From Styela clava (taxonomy: Eukaryota): a stretch of 64,000 nt of DNA. Below, one piece after another: positions 50,401-63,400 of this stretch. The notes below the pieces were generated by a model. That model was not told where the DNA came from and searched no databases. It saw only the letters and a program-made list of their open reading frames with translations. The position numbers and the translations under genes are program-made. The DNA lies in assembly GCF_964204865.1 (NCBI RefSeq), contig NC_135256.1, positions 19,778,001 to 19,842,000 of the forward strand. Reading direction: 5' to 3'. Positions within the stretch are counted from its first letter, which is position 1; each line of letters opens with the position of its first letter.

Positions 50401-53400
50401 TGTTTATGCAATATTTAGTATACTGTATACATATAAAGAAAAAATATAGAAATCAATTATTATGGAAATGCTTATCAAGACCTATAAACAATTTTTAATG
50501 TTACAAAAAGAAATTTACGAATTTGTTTTTAACCTAGGAACAGGGTGTCATCCTATCCTGAAACCTTGATTACAAATTAGTCTAATTTCAGGTTCTTATG
50601 ATCATCTTGTCAAATTATACGACACAAGAACAAATTCATCTATACTTTCTGTTGATCACGGTCTACCTGTCGAGAGTATTCTTATATATCCTTCTGGAAG
50701 TATATTGCTTAGCGCAGGTTAGCATTTTTTGCGTAGAATATCATTAGATCACAGATTATATTCATTCTAAATGCATAGTCTTCAATATGCTTTGCAACCA
50801 GGGGAAGTTAAAAGTGCTTTCTAGACAATGGTTGAGTTTAACATATTATTTCCAACAGGACTTTGTAGGCATCTGAGATCGATGTGCGTAGCAGAGTCAA
50901 TTTTTCTTTACATAAACAAGAGTCTGGGATATTTGCCGGTGAACGACGAGCACAGGGTTGGGGTTTAATTTTTTCATACTAGGGTCGGGGGGTTCAACTA
51001 GGAGCTCGAAGTTGGAAATGAAATCAAATTATTTGAGTTATACTCGAATAATGCCAAACTGTCTGTTTTTGAATGGTCAGATTCTGTTGGAACATTTCTC
51101 AGTCCTGTCCTGGTTAAGAATCATGATAATCAACATACAAAATCTATAATGCATATAGTATTGCAAAATATTTGATGAATCGATTCATTTCATCAGGTGG
51201 AAACGTGATTAAAGTCTGGGATATTCTGCAAGGAGGGAAATTGTTGACAAGTTTTAGTCATCATCATAAATCTATAACATGCATGTCATTCAATCACAAT
51301 TGTTCAAAAATATTATCAGGATCATTAGACAAGTGAGTCCAATATATTATAGTTTGAAGCGAACAAAATTTTTTAGATGTGTAAAAAATTACTACTTAGA
51401 CATTATATTCTGTATGTTGCTTGGGACTGTTACACGTGAACATTTTGGGGTCAAATGTCACACTTATTCATTTATTTTTTCACTCAATTTATTTATCCTC
51501 ATAGATCTGTTGATCATTTTGCTATTGTTGTTGGTAAAAAATTACCTTTCTCCACAACTAATGTACCAATTGATCTCAAATTTCCAGTACTTACCGTAAT
51601 AAAAGATAAGAGAGATGGTTAGAGGGCTATTATTTTTATTTTTTTTTAAATTTTCTCAAGATTCCTATGGGACCCGATATTTCACCAAAGTTTTCGCTTT
51701 TATATTATATTGCTTGTCCACTGATGTTTTCAGCAAACATAGGCGTTACCGTACCGGTACAGATGTGCCTATATGTTCAAGCATTACTCTGTTCTTATAC
51801 ATAACCAACAATTTGGTACATTGTTGTTAACTTCTATAGTTTACAAATGATAGCATTTTCATGATTTAGCCACTGTGGTCATAAGCAGTGTTCCCTCTAA
51901 GGTGTGCGCGTGCACACAGCTTTCAGAGGCTGCGCACGTGCATAGATTTACTGCGCACAGACGTATTTCGATGTAATGTAACAATGTGCTCGTTTGGCAG
52001 GTTGAGAAAGTTTGTTGTTGGCCCACTTATAACCCGGTTGGAACGCCAAAATTTCTTCATTGGTTTTTGCACAAATATTAGTCATTTCCAAAAAAGTGCA
52101 CACACACCAAAATTTCTGCGCACACATACTACGAAAAATTAGAGGGAACATTGGTCATAAGCTATTTATGATGTAGATTTGATGTCTATATTATATATCT
52201 GTGAAGATATCTAGGGATATTCCAGTTTAAAGCAGAAAAAATGTTAATTAAAATTGTTCGAGACCTACTACATGCTTTTGCTGCTAGTTTTTTTATATTT
52301 ACCTTTTCATATTCTCTTCTGTGCAGGCATGTTAAAATATATGATGTTGGTTCATATAATGTTGTTCATAATGTTGATTATCCAGCTCCAATATTAAGCT
52401 TGGCTATATCAGTGAGTACATACCATCAAATTTTATTTTCGTTAAGAGTATCTAGTAGTGTGGCTTTCTTTCATCAGCAGAAAGTACGAAGTTTCGAGTA
52501 TTGACCGTTGGTTCATCGACCTAAATGCTAATTCATGAACGTTGAAAACTAAAATGGATTCAAGTCATTATATTGCATAAAGTCGTGTATTACTATTGTT
52601 ACATCGAAATCAAGGATTTATATATATAAAAAAAACTCTAGATGAAGCACACAATAGAAAAACATGACTTAGTTTCTACTGCATTTTGGTTCTTTGCAAA
52701 ACTCAACAAATCTAGCATGGCTCAATAATAATGGTTTGCCAGCCATGCAAATAGTTATTATGTGACTTTATTTTGATTCAAATATTTTATATGGAATAAT
52801 CAGTGTAGATTATTATAATCAGTGTAAACTAACCAAATTGTAATAAATGAACAAATCTTGATATATAGGATAGGATAGGATTCACATATTTATCTCGGGG
52901 GAGAGGAAAGCCGATAAGACGGCTTATCCATATGGCGAGCCACTGCCTCTCGTCCGGTTACCATTTCAAGTCGGGACCAGCGGTTACATGAACCATCCAA
53001 CAACGGCGAGGAGTCCAGCAATCCTCTCGCACATAACCATCCCTGCATGGGATTCGAACCTGCGAACCCACGCAGAGTAATTAGAGGTGCGGTGGCGAGC
53101 GTATTCCTAATGCTTAGCCCGTTGAGCCACACCGCCGCGCCTGGAATGAAATGTTGTATTTGTCATATGCAAAGTGTTCAAATAAAAGTGCAATTTTTAA
53201 CCATATTGTTACATATTTGATTCAAATGTTTGAAGAATATATATATATATATACATAAGAACCATTCACTTATTGCATAGAATGAAGATAAAACTTTAGC
53301 AGTTGGTATGGTCGATAAGATGCTGTCGATCAGGAAACGAAAAAGTGATAAAACTAAAGAAGTTGATGAATCAAAAATGTCTCTGAGACGGAAAAAACAA

Positions 53401-56050
53401 GAGAGTCTTTATTATATTCGGGGTAAGTCCACCAACGTTCAATGGCATATTGCACACATAAAACATTGAATTGATGAATAGTATTTGGGGACAATTTTGT
53501 CTAGTTTAGAACTGGGTTCATGCAACGAGCACAATTTTGTTTCTATTCTTTTGATTATGTGTAATGGCTGGTTTCTACCATTTGATATTAGTATTTTAAA
53601 CCATCAATAGTTTATTTTATCAAAATTTATAATCAAGGTATTTTCATTATATTAGGAAAAGACTATATGCCGAATGAAGATGATATTGTAATCTATCACA
53701 AGCAAAAAGAGCAATTACCAAAATATGACAAATTCTTTAGAAAATTTCAGCATAGCAAGGCCCTTGATGAAGCCTTACAAGTAAGTTATGTTTTACTATT
53801 AGGATCTCTAGCTTTTTACTCTAATATTACTATGGTTTCAATTTGTTTTGGAATATTCAACAAGCTGCCGTGGCGACTAGTTTTAACTAAATCAGTTTTC
53901 GCTATTGGGATCAATTTTGATTACAGAAACAAAAACTAGAACAAGTCAAAAACTATAAAACTGTTTTTTGATTTAAACGCGGGTTTTGGAAACTATCAAA
54001 GAGAACCCGAAATAGGTCAAATGATTACCACTGTGTTTGATTAAAAAATAGTCTGTGTGGCCGATTCAATTTCAATTAATAAGTCATCGTTTACTTAACT
54101 TATAGTTAAAATGAATGTGATTATTCTCTGCCATAATTAGTCAAGTACTTGACTTGAGGTTAAGATAAATGTGATGGACCCCTGTCATAATTAGTCAAGT
54201 AATTGTGAGTAATTACCATTCAACGCAATGTACATTTATGAAATATCTCATGACTTGTGGAAATGCTGATATTTTTTTACTCTTTTACGATTGAAGAAAA
54301 CAACTTGAATAGGAGTTATTTTTGGAGCCAATATCAATTAGTGGCAGTTTTTTGTTTACATATTCTGTTATATGTTGTCTCATATTTTTTTCTCAGCCTC
54401 GGGTGATGCCAGAAGTTACAGTCGCTGTTTTCAAAGAATTAATAAGAAGAGGATGCTTGAAATCTGCCATGGCTGGAAGAACCAATATTAAATTAACAAA
54501 TTTATTGAAATTTCTAATAAGGTGATTTGAATTGTTATTTTTGAGACAAGTACTATCATTTGCACGTTTCTTTTAATATTATCCCGAAGTATTTCTAAAA
54601 TTCGGTTTTGACTGTTTCTGCAGACAATACTATTATGCTACTATGTGAAATTATTCCAATGTCACTATATCTATATATATATATGTATATATAATATTGT
54701 ATTTCTATGCATTGGTAAGTATGTTGCGAAATTGAGGAATCACAAATGGTCTATCGTTCAATGGGTGATGCAAACAAAAAAGTACCGTACCCATAAATTT
54801 TTAGTAACTTCTATGCAAATGAAGAAAAACTTTTTAACTTTTGAAATTCTGTTTGTGTGTAATTGTACCGAAAAGCATCAGTATCAGTAATCCTTGTCAC
54901 TTTGCACAAAGGTTGTGCTCTTCCTATAATATATTCTAAATTACCTGGGTTCTATTTTTTGAAGGGTCACCCTGTACAAACTGCTTCCTGCTTCTTCGAC
55001 TCAACTGCGGTTGGATTGGTTAATTTTAGGAAGTGGCCAATTAAATCTAGATTACCTTATTTTACCGTTAGTACCCAGTTACAGAGACTAACTCTCCACT
55101 AAAAAATAAATTTATTTTTAGGAATGTTACTAAAATAAGTTTTACGTCCACACTTCTCGAAGTATCTGATGTATTAGTTGGTAAGTCATTTTTTATGATG
55201 ATTGTTGCTAATTACAGTTACTATCAAACTCCCATGAACTTTGTGGGCCTGAATTCAATCTGAAACTAGGAAACTAATGTTAGGCAATAGGTAGCTTGGA
55301 ATTACCGGATTATAAAATAACGTAGGTTAGTCATGTAGCTCCTTTTTCTCAAATTGTGTTATTGTTTGCTCCAGATGTACTCAAAATGGAGGAAGCTGTA
55401 ACTGACCTGTGAAATAGTTAGCGGCAATCGCCTGCTCATAATTTTTATTAAGAAAAATAGTTTGAAACAGTTTTAAGTCACTTATGCTCAGAAAAACAAC
55501 TACGGTATTAGTGAATTTCATTTAACTAAAATTCTCAGAAAATATAATTTTTTGCGGGATGAAATTATTTCTGGTGGGTGCACTGACATGACAGGAATGT
55601 GGGGTATTCTTGTGCTTCCAACTCTCAGCATAATGTGCTCAATTGCAATTTTGGATAAGTCTAGTCATATTCAATGTCTTCTATGTTATATTAAAAAGAA
55701 TCTTCCCGTTTATCAAAGTTGAAATGGTACATGATTGGCAAAAGAATGTGCACATGTATGGTCACACCTAGAAAATCTGATTATTTTGATAAATTATGTT
55801 TTATTTATTTATTTACATGATTTATGTTTTTCAAGATCTGTATTATCCTGAAATACAAGATCACCCACACTCGGTTAGAATGCTTTTCATCAAACTGCGA
55901 GACATTGTAAAAAATGAAGCCGAACTACACAGACAAATGTTTTCTCTTGTTGGATGTTTGGATGCATTGCTGGCCACTCATGCAAGGACTGAAAATGACA
56001 TTACTAAACTTACAAACGCCTCAGATCCAATTGAGATTTCTGAAAAATAA
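47495..56050 (+). CDS. UTP15: U3 snoRNA-associated protein 15 (WD40 + UTP15_C), ~527 aa. 13 exons: 47495-47608, 47801-47893, 48959-49143, 49770-49893, 50257-50311, 50592-50717, 51197-51332, 52327-52411, 53281-53422, 53656-53780, 54397-54521, 55122-55180, 55836-56050
   Basis: [27 protein letters not shown]...[42 protein letters not shown]...[34 protein letters not shown]...AMAGR; 1584 nt open. Confidence 0.96.
48155..48496 (-). mobile_element. Full-length tRNA-derived SINE (~342 bp) with (ATCCT)n tail, UTP15 intron 2
   Basis: A box TGGCTCAACGGG, B box GGTTCGAATCCC, tail ATCCTATCCTATCCT; near-identical second copy at 52867-53142. Confidence 0.9.
51886..52153. mobile_element. hAT MITE (268 bp) in a UTP15 intron
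   Basis: TIRs CAGTGTTCCCTCTAA / TTAGAGGGAACATTG; perfect TSD GTCATAAG (51878-51885, 52154-52161); TGCGCAC subterminal repeats. Confidence 0.92.
52867..53142 (-). mobile_element. tRNA-derived SINE copy with a 66-bp internal deletion
   Basis: Nearly identical to 48155-48496 except that it lacks the segment corresponding to 48264-48329. Confidence 0.9.
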
Positions 56051-56359
56051 AAATCTTTTTTAAAGTGTACTACTGCTTCAGGAGGTTATTGAGAATCGTT
56101 GAGAATGAATTCAGCATTCCATAATATTCCAGCATTGCATGTAGAATTGTAGATAGTCCGAACAAATTGAAAAACTATGACTTGTTGGCAACAACTGGCT
56201 GTAATAAGAATTCAAAGTTTTTTGGAAAGCTGACAAAACAACTTCATCCTGTGGTGAGACGTAGCCTTCCGCCCATTCAAGTATGAGAATAGCTGCCCAG
56301 TTACTTGTGACAGTAAGGCGGACTTCCAATAGCTGTTTCATGTTTTTTACGGGTTAAAC

Positions 56360-56747
56360 CAGGGGTGGACAACATACAACCCGGACCCGGCCCGCGACGA
56401 GACTTTGACCGCTGACTGTATCCAACCACACTCTATAATGTGGTCCGATACATCATTCCTGAAAGTTGCCGATCGCTCTACTCTCGCCGCACTGTCAGTG
56501 CGAGCTGATGAAATAAACCAATTGCCTTAGTGAACAAACAATTGCGTTAGCACACTTGTTAAACAAACAATACAAGGTTAAAGCAGAGAGCGTTGTAAAC
56601 ATTCCCCGCTACTGTTATCAGTTATATTTAGATTCTAAATATAAATAGATTTTAGAAGTTAGATTTTATATAAATCTTTATTACGGCCCACCGAGGATTT
56701 CATTTTCCCACATCCGGCCCGCCGACTAGAGAAGTTGCCCACCCCTG
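56360..56747. mobile_element. hAT (Buster/Charlie-type) MITE
   Basis: TIRs CAGGGGTGGACAAC / GTTGCCCACCCCTG; TSD GGTTAAAC/GGTTAGAC (7/8); CGGCCC subterminal motifs. Confidence 0.85.
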
Positions 56748-56828
56748 GGTTAGACCATACATCAAATGTTACACTATATCTCAAACATATGTGCAATACC
56801 CATCATCTATTGATATACCACATGGGAC

Positions 56829-57985
56829 CAGTATGTTCCCCAGCTTTTCTTTTTAGGGGGGGTGTTTCGAAATTCAGGGGGTGGTAAATAATTTGCTATT
56901 AGAGATAAAACTAGGATATTTGTATTCTTAAAAAAATGGTATGTATTTAAGAAACGATGTACATGGGGGGCCCCCCAAGTTGATTGACGCGAGCCAAAAT
57001 CCACAGCAAAATGAAATTGTAGGGCCAGAAAAGGGGAGCGAGGAAAAGTGCGCGACGACACGGCTGGGGTTCAGGAGGCGCTTAAGCGCCCTGAGAAAAT
57101 TTTGAGAAATAGGCTCTGAGCTTGATTTTAGACATACCTAGCATCGCAGTTTGTTATGTAATGAAATAAATAATTATAATATTTAGCTGATAGAATTCCC
57201 GGGAAATAGATAACAAGTACGGCTTTCAACCGTAAATATATACTACTACGTTTCAACAAGTAATTTGCAACTGATAGTGACTAATGAAGTTACTTGCTAA
57301 TCTGGCATAGTATGAATGGCTACTTATGGCTTGTTTTGTTACACATTTCACATTTTTTTGAACATGTTCGTTTGACTTTTGTATGAATTAAGCAATGTAC
57401 TAAATTTTGAAAAACGCGCGCCAACTGATCATAATTGCGCATAATGTTGTATTCCTTCAGAACTGAAATATTTTGTTGGTAAGAAGACAAATCGCTGAAG
57501 TTTGATTCTTTTCAATGAAGAAATAAAGACGCTGTCATTCATCTAAAAACGTCTGTTTTCAGTGCCTAGTTTTCGTTTTGTGACATCTTTTAAGCTTTCT
57601 TAATATACGGCTGATATCTAAAATACTGCAGTGTGTAATCCTAACACCCACACGTATACATAGGATACCGGTATAATTCAATTGTTACGAAATAAACGTG
57701 CTTAAACTGTGATAATGATGTAACAATAGACGTATCTAAAACTCAAAAGGTACCACATGAAGGGTTAAACTATTTCACTCAAGTTCGGCGGGCCATTTTA
57801 AATTGCCACGCGGGCCGTAATTGGCCCGCAGACTGCGGTTCGGAACCCCTCATCTACACTGATAAATATGCCATAGTCGTTATATTTGAATACAAATATA
57901 CTTGAGTTAGGAATTACAGTGTCGAATCGCACCTCAAAATTAGGGGGGGTGTTTGAAATTTTAGGGGGGTGTAGGGAAATCACTG
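56829..57985. mobile_element. hAT-type non-autonomous element (1157 bp) with G-run subterminal repeats
   Basis: Ends CAGTATGTTCCC / GGGAAATCACTG; perfect TSD CATGGGAC (56821-56828, 57986-57993); TTAGGGGGGGTGTTT near both ends; contains a fragment of another hAT right end (~57787-57851). Confidence 0.85.
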
Positions 57986-58386
57986 CATGGGACATTTGAA
58001 AACTTGAACTTCACAAAACAACCAAAATATGCTTCCTCCCTCGGAAGACTGACTGATATGGATGGCTTGTTCAACGGTGAACGTGGGGTAAGTGGGCGCT
58101 TGTCTTGAATCCGTATAAATTTTGCCCACTTTCCCGATTTTTCGTATATTTGTTTCCTGTGCCCTGTATTGCAGGTGGAAGCCTATTTCAGCCCAAAACA
58201 TCTACACCTACCGACATCTGCACATACAGATTTTAGCACCTGCATGCTTCGTGGGCGCAAATAACAGCGGGGGCGGTCAATGGCGTGCCTGAAGGAGGGC
58301 GGAAGGGGCAGCAGAATCGAGATGTAGAGTTTGCGTTAATACTCGTTCTTTTCTCGATGTGTTTTTATTTAATTTACAGTTGATGG

Positions 58387-59176
58387 TTTGGCGCACCGTG
58401 CTAAGCGTTAGGAATACGCTCGCCATCGCACCTATGATTACCCTGCATGGGTTTGCAGATCGCAAATCCCATGCGGGGTTAATTATGTCATAGAGCAGGG
58501 GTCGGTAACCTACGGCCCGCGGGCCAGATTCGGCCCGCGGAGTGATATAATCCGGCCCGTGACGCTTCACTGAATTATAGTAACAAATTATAGCTGTTTT
58601 GTCGATTATCTTCTTTACGCAAAAGAATTTACTTGTAGACTAAATTTTATTATAACGTAACAAGTATATAATTCACAATTACTCGTTTAATGAGCCTATA
58701 ATTTAATTATAATTTAGACAAATGGCAACAAAACGCAGAAAAGTTGATGCTAAGTGCAAATGGTTTATTGGCGCAAAAAATATTCAAATGATCAGTCTAC
58801 GGGCGCTGCTTAAAATTTAACTTCTGATCTCTGTGATAAAATGTGATTCATCGGTCATCCATTCGAATTTTAACTTTCCAAAAATATGTGCGGCCCGCCA
58901 ATGACTTCCAAATTTAATTTTGGCCCGCGAGCGACAAAAGGTTGCCGACCCCTGTCATAGAGGAATGCTGGACTCTTCGCCTCTACAGGGTGGTTCCACG
59001 TAATCGCTGACCGGTAGGTAACTCTTCCACATTCATGTCCATGCATCTGAAAACAAATTCTGGCTACTAGTCACATACCCGACATTGACAGGTGACCGGA
59101 CGAGAGGCCGTGGTTCGCCACATGATTAGGTCGTCTAATAGACTTTCCTCACCCCGGGATAAATACGTTAATCCTG
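58387..59176 (+). mobile_element. Diverged tRNA-SINE copy split by a hAT MITE
   Basis: Head GCTAAGCGTTAGGAATACGCTCGCCA at 58400-58425; the body resumes at 58963 and ends CCCCGGGATAAATACGTTAATCCT. Confidence 0.85.
58496..58954 (+). mobile_element. hAT (SPIN/Charlie-type) internal-deletion MITE inserted in the SINE
   Basis: TIRs CAGGGGTCGGTAACCT / AGGTTGCCGACCCCTG; perfect TSD TCATAGAG (58488-58495, 58955-58962); retains a transposase-like start MATKRRKVDAKCKWF at 58722. Confidence 0.93.
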
Positions 59177-60089
59177 ATTAAAAGCTGACATTATGTGTTT
59201 AGTCTTGTGTGACTGACTGTGGTGATGGCGAGTCAACAATGGATGTTTCCCCGACCATTGACCCCAACATAAATTTTTCTATATTTTACAATTGCAACAT
59301 TCTTGGTGCTCATTTTGAGAGTGGTTTTGCGAGTTAGCGCCTTAAACTGGTTGATATGTTTCAAACAATAATTTAAATTAAAACTCAATTTAATTGGTAT
59401 TTAAAAGTATCGGTAAAAAGTTTAACCTAGTCTGTCACAGCAATTCCGAGACTAATTTTTGAACGAGTTAATTCAACAACCATGCCAAATCTGTCTGTGT
59501 AGCTGCTAAAATGTCTACTGCTACATCGCTTTTCCGACGTGGAAACGAGGGATGTTTCAAAAAAATGCCTATCATTTTACTGCATCGTTGTTTGAGCTTG
59601 GCTGGGATGTTTTCCAACTATGTGCATGGTATATTGATTATAACTCACAAATTGTGAGTCACAATTGGATACCCAATTGCTAGTTGCGAACGATCTTTTT
59701 CAAAGTTGAAACAAATAAAAACACATTTGAGGTTTATTGTACACGTCGGTGTACATAACGATCGTTTCAATCATATTGTTGTTCTTGTTAGTATTATTCT
59801 TCTCTTTCGTCATGATGAAATCGCTTTTCTCTTCGATTACTGGACCAATTGCTTCCAAATTTTCATTGGTTGAAGATTGATTTTTTTGCCAGAAGACTAT
59901 TACTTTCACTTATTTCAAAATTTCTGTGGACTTCAAGAGATTCGTTTTTTATGTATCAGAATAAAAATAGCGACACCTTGTGACGTGTCCATATATTTGA
60001 GCACATCTCTCTTGTCTTTGATTAGCATCAAAAAAAAATTCTTGACGAACGAGTTGAGTGAGCCTGTCGTTCAGACATTTGTTGCTGGT

Positions 60090-60548
60090 GTAGCGAGTAC
60101 ATTGGGGTAGTTACTGTGTATTTCAATATTTTCACCACGATTATAAATAGTGCATGTTATTCGCCTGAAACAAGGTCGTAGCTCTAATTCATTTCCTTTA
60201 TGATTTATTTCCCTCGCTCAGTGTTGCTTGTCTTTAACGTTCTTTGTTAGTTAGAAATTTGGTTTCATCACACATACTGTATTGAGGTTTTAGGTGTAAT
60301 TCGTTATCTGTTATTTGGATCAATTAGATTGTGCATCTTTTTTTTCAATATAACAACATCGGCATTCAAAATATAAGGGCTATTGACCCTTTCTGGGTGT
60401 TAAAGACAAGCAACACTGAGCGAGAGAAATAAATCATAAAGGAAATGAATTAGAGCTACGACCTTGTTTCAGGCCAATAACATGCACTATTAACATTACG
60501 TGGTGAAAATATGGAAATACACAGTAACTACCACAATGTACTCGCTAC
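60090..60548. repeat. Foldback element / long-TIR MITE
   Basis: Arm 60090-60238 is the reverse complement of 60399-60548 (~150 bp, few mismatches) around a 160-bp spacer. Confidence 0.9.
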
Positions 60549-60900
60549 CCTGGCGAAGTAGCGATTGGGCATAGAAATAAGTGACCTGCTTGATGTTAAA
60601 AAATTAGTTTGATCTTATCATGTGAGTTTGATGATTTGTTTAATAAAGCAAAGGTTTCTACTTTCTGAGATATTTATTACTAACAGCATAATGATATTGC
60701 AAAAAAAAATGTGATTATTTAAAGTTAGACCAGTATATATATCTAAGATAGTTGAACCACTCCATTCGTGCTTCATTTAGTATTTTATTATTATATATAT
60801 ACAAAATGTTAATAGACAATGTACTATATAGATGAAATGGTGTTATATATATTTAAGAATAAGATTTAATGTAAGATTGTAAGAAGTATGTTCTCTAAAT

Positions 60901-62595
60901 CAGGTCTTCCCAAACTTTCAAGTTCGCGACCCCTTCCAATGTATAAAAATTTTCCGCGGCCCTTGTTCATGTTCAAAATGTTAAATAGTTCGAAATATCA
61001 TTCTTGATACTTTATTAGCAGATTTAATTCCCAACTTTTAGAAGGCCTACTCGAGAACTAAAACAAACACACATCTATTCAGATTAACATCGCTTGAATA
61101 TTCAGTTAGATGGGTGCGACTTCTTTTTGCTGCATAGCAAGTCCAGCCGTGGCTCAATGTTTGTTAATGTTGTTTCAATGTTGTTAATGCGTGAACTGCA
61201 TTATGTTTTGATCGCCGTCAACGTTAAAAATGAATTACAATTATTCGTCGGCAGTATTATCTTCCGATCGTTTTAATCAAATATCCATTGATTACGTTAA
61301 ATATATCTTTTCAATATATATTTAGCCTCCAATATTATTTGCCAGGCACAATAAACTGATAAAGTGACAAAACAAAAACAAAGGAGGGTAAATCCTACTT
61401 TATATATATATATATATCTAATTTCGATGTCGTAAGTAACATATCTATCAGTTAAGGTAAGATTTTTGTAGCACCAGCAAGGTGACGAATAACGATGTCT
61501 AGCTACCGACGTAGTGGTCCTAAATCGGCATTGTTACGATTCACCATCAAATTCGGCATTGTTATGCAAGCACGCCGCTTCTGGGCCGTAGGATCAAAGT
61601 CCGGCATTGTTATGTACGCGCGTCGCTTCTCCGATTCTGTATTCTCCTGAAATCGTGAGCCCATTACAGCCGGATGGCATATATTTAGTAATTATAATTA
61701 GTAATTTTAGTTTATTTATTATCTTGAGAAGAAATTATAATTTAAAAAAAAAACAAATAGTATTATATCTGCGTGGATTATTTCCGCGTGGAATTAGACG
61801 GGATTGAACTCGAGCGAGTCATATCGATTCATGCGTCATAATAGGAAAATCTACCTTAATACAACCAAATACTCCAAGAATATAAACTATCACATTACGA
61901 AATGTGCTATGCAGTAGTAGGAAGATATACTATCACATTACGTCTCGTCAGCAGTCGCAGTTATTCGTTAGAGAGTGTCCTCTGGCAAATAGAGAACAAA
62001 AAATTTGTTCCTAACCATTCAGATGCAAATGATTTAGTGGAATCGGACATTTCTTATGTCGCACAACCTGACGCGAAGACACGACCTGCCCAAACATAAC
62101 ACGTCTTCACTATGCGACGGCGTAAGCTATAAGACCTCTTACGGTCTCATTCTGTTGCTATAACAACTAGGAAATCAACGATACCAAACATGCGAGATTG
62201 CTGTTATGATAAAGAATGACGCGTTCGGCAGGAATTGAAAAATGTTGATTGTTTGTTTACAAGCTGATGCTTACTCAAGCATAAGCGTGACGTCGTACGA
62301 ATAATGGTCCAGGAGCGACATCTAGCGTGTATAAAACAAAACAAAGCTTCCAACGAGCCCTGAGTGATGTGTCAGGCGTTATTGGTTAACTAGGAAATTA
62401 TAAAGTAAAAAAAAAAAAAAAATTGGGCTTAGATGTACCGGCAGCAATCGGTTGTGTTGCACGCACCTGTTTTAAAATTTGTGTTTCGAATCAAAAGTCT
62501 AAAAAAGTACAATAGATATGGTACTTTGTGTGAAATTGGTGTACTCATGGCGACCTTTAAAATTCGTTGCGCAACCATCAGTTTGGGAAGCCCTG
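60901..62595. mobile_element. hAT (Buster/Charlie-type) non-autonomous element, ~1.7 kb, probably with a nested insertion
   Basis: TIRs CAGGTCTTCCCAAACT / AGTTTGGGAAGCCCTG; TSD CTCTAAAT/CTCTAAAG (7/8); GCGACC subterminal motifs. Confidence 0.85.
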
Positions 62596-63400
62596 CTCTA
62601 AAGTCTAAATAATACAAATTACCATTGAAAACTGTTGAACAGCAGCATGACCAACTGTTAACCATAAAAAATTGGTATTTTGAAACTAATCGTTCGACCA
62701 CAGAAGTTAGTCGACTCAAAAAAGTCTAGAGTAATTTATACAAGAACTACAACAGACACTTTTCAAAAATATAATAATGCTGCATAATGCTGCCCTTCAC
62801 GTGCAGAGTTATTCGATTATACTTCTCGTTAAAAGTTTCGTTAAAATGTTAGTATATTATGGTAAAGTGCCTGGATGTGTTGCAGTAGTAGTTGATCTTT
62901 AAAAAATATATATAGTAATAATGATGCGCGTGTCCAAACGATGTTTACAGTTATTTGTCCAACCATGGGTCTTTGGCCATGTCATCAGCAAGAGGTCTAT
63001 CTTCCATCTTGACAAATATCCTTTGCAGAAATTTCTTATAAAAAAAGAATAAATGATGTAAAAATCGCTTCCTCAAATTGAATCCAAAACCTATTGTTTT
63101 CAGAATGTGTGCATGTGTTTATTTATGAATACCTCCAAAAACAACAATATTTTCCGTAATGAACATTATGACGTAGATACAAATAACAACTAATTACAAA
63201 GATTGATGTGTTCAAACTGCGACCAGCGGACCAAAAGTAGCCCAAACGAAAAAATTGTGCGGCCCACGAAAAAATGCCAATTTCGAATAGTGTGCTGCCC
63301 GCCAAACGAGTTTTTAATTTAGTTCCAGCTGGTACGTGTGAGTAATTCAAATTTTTTTGCGTTATAAAGCCATACTTGAGTCCAATTTATTATCTATATC

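Noticed and set aside
48271-53132. Near-identical short ORFs (48271-48537, 48284-48553, 52890-53132) as a small gene family or true tRNA genes
   Set aside because: They are translations of SINE copies; the tRNA-like head lacks a proper acceptor stem and continues into a SINE body and tail.
59700-59909. Minus-strand 69-aa ORF as a gene
   Set aside because: Low-complexity N/K/E-rich, no motif, no linked exons found.
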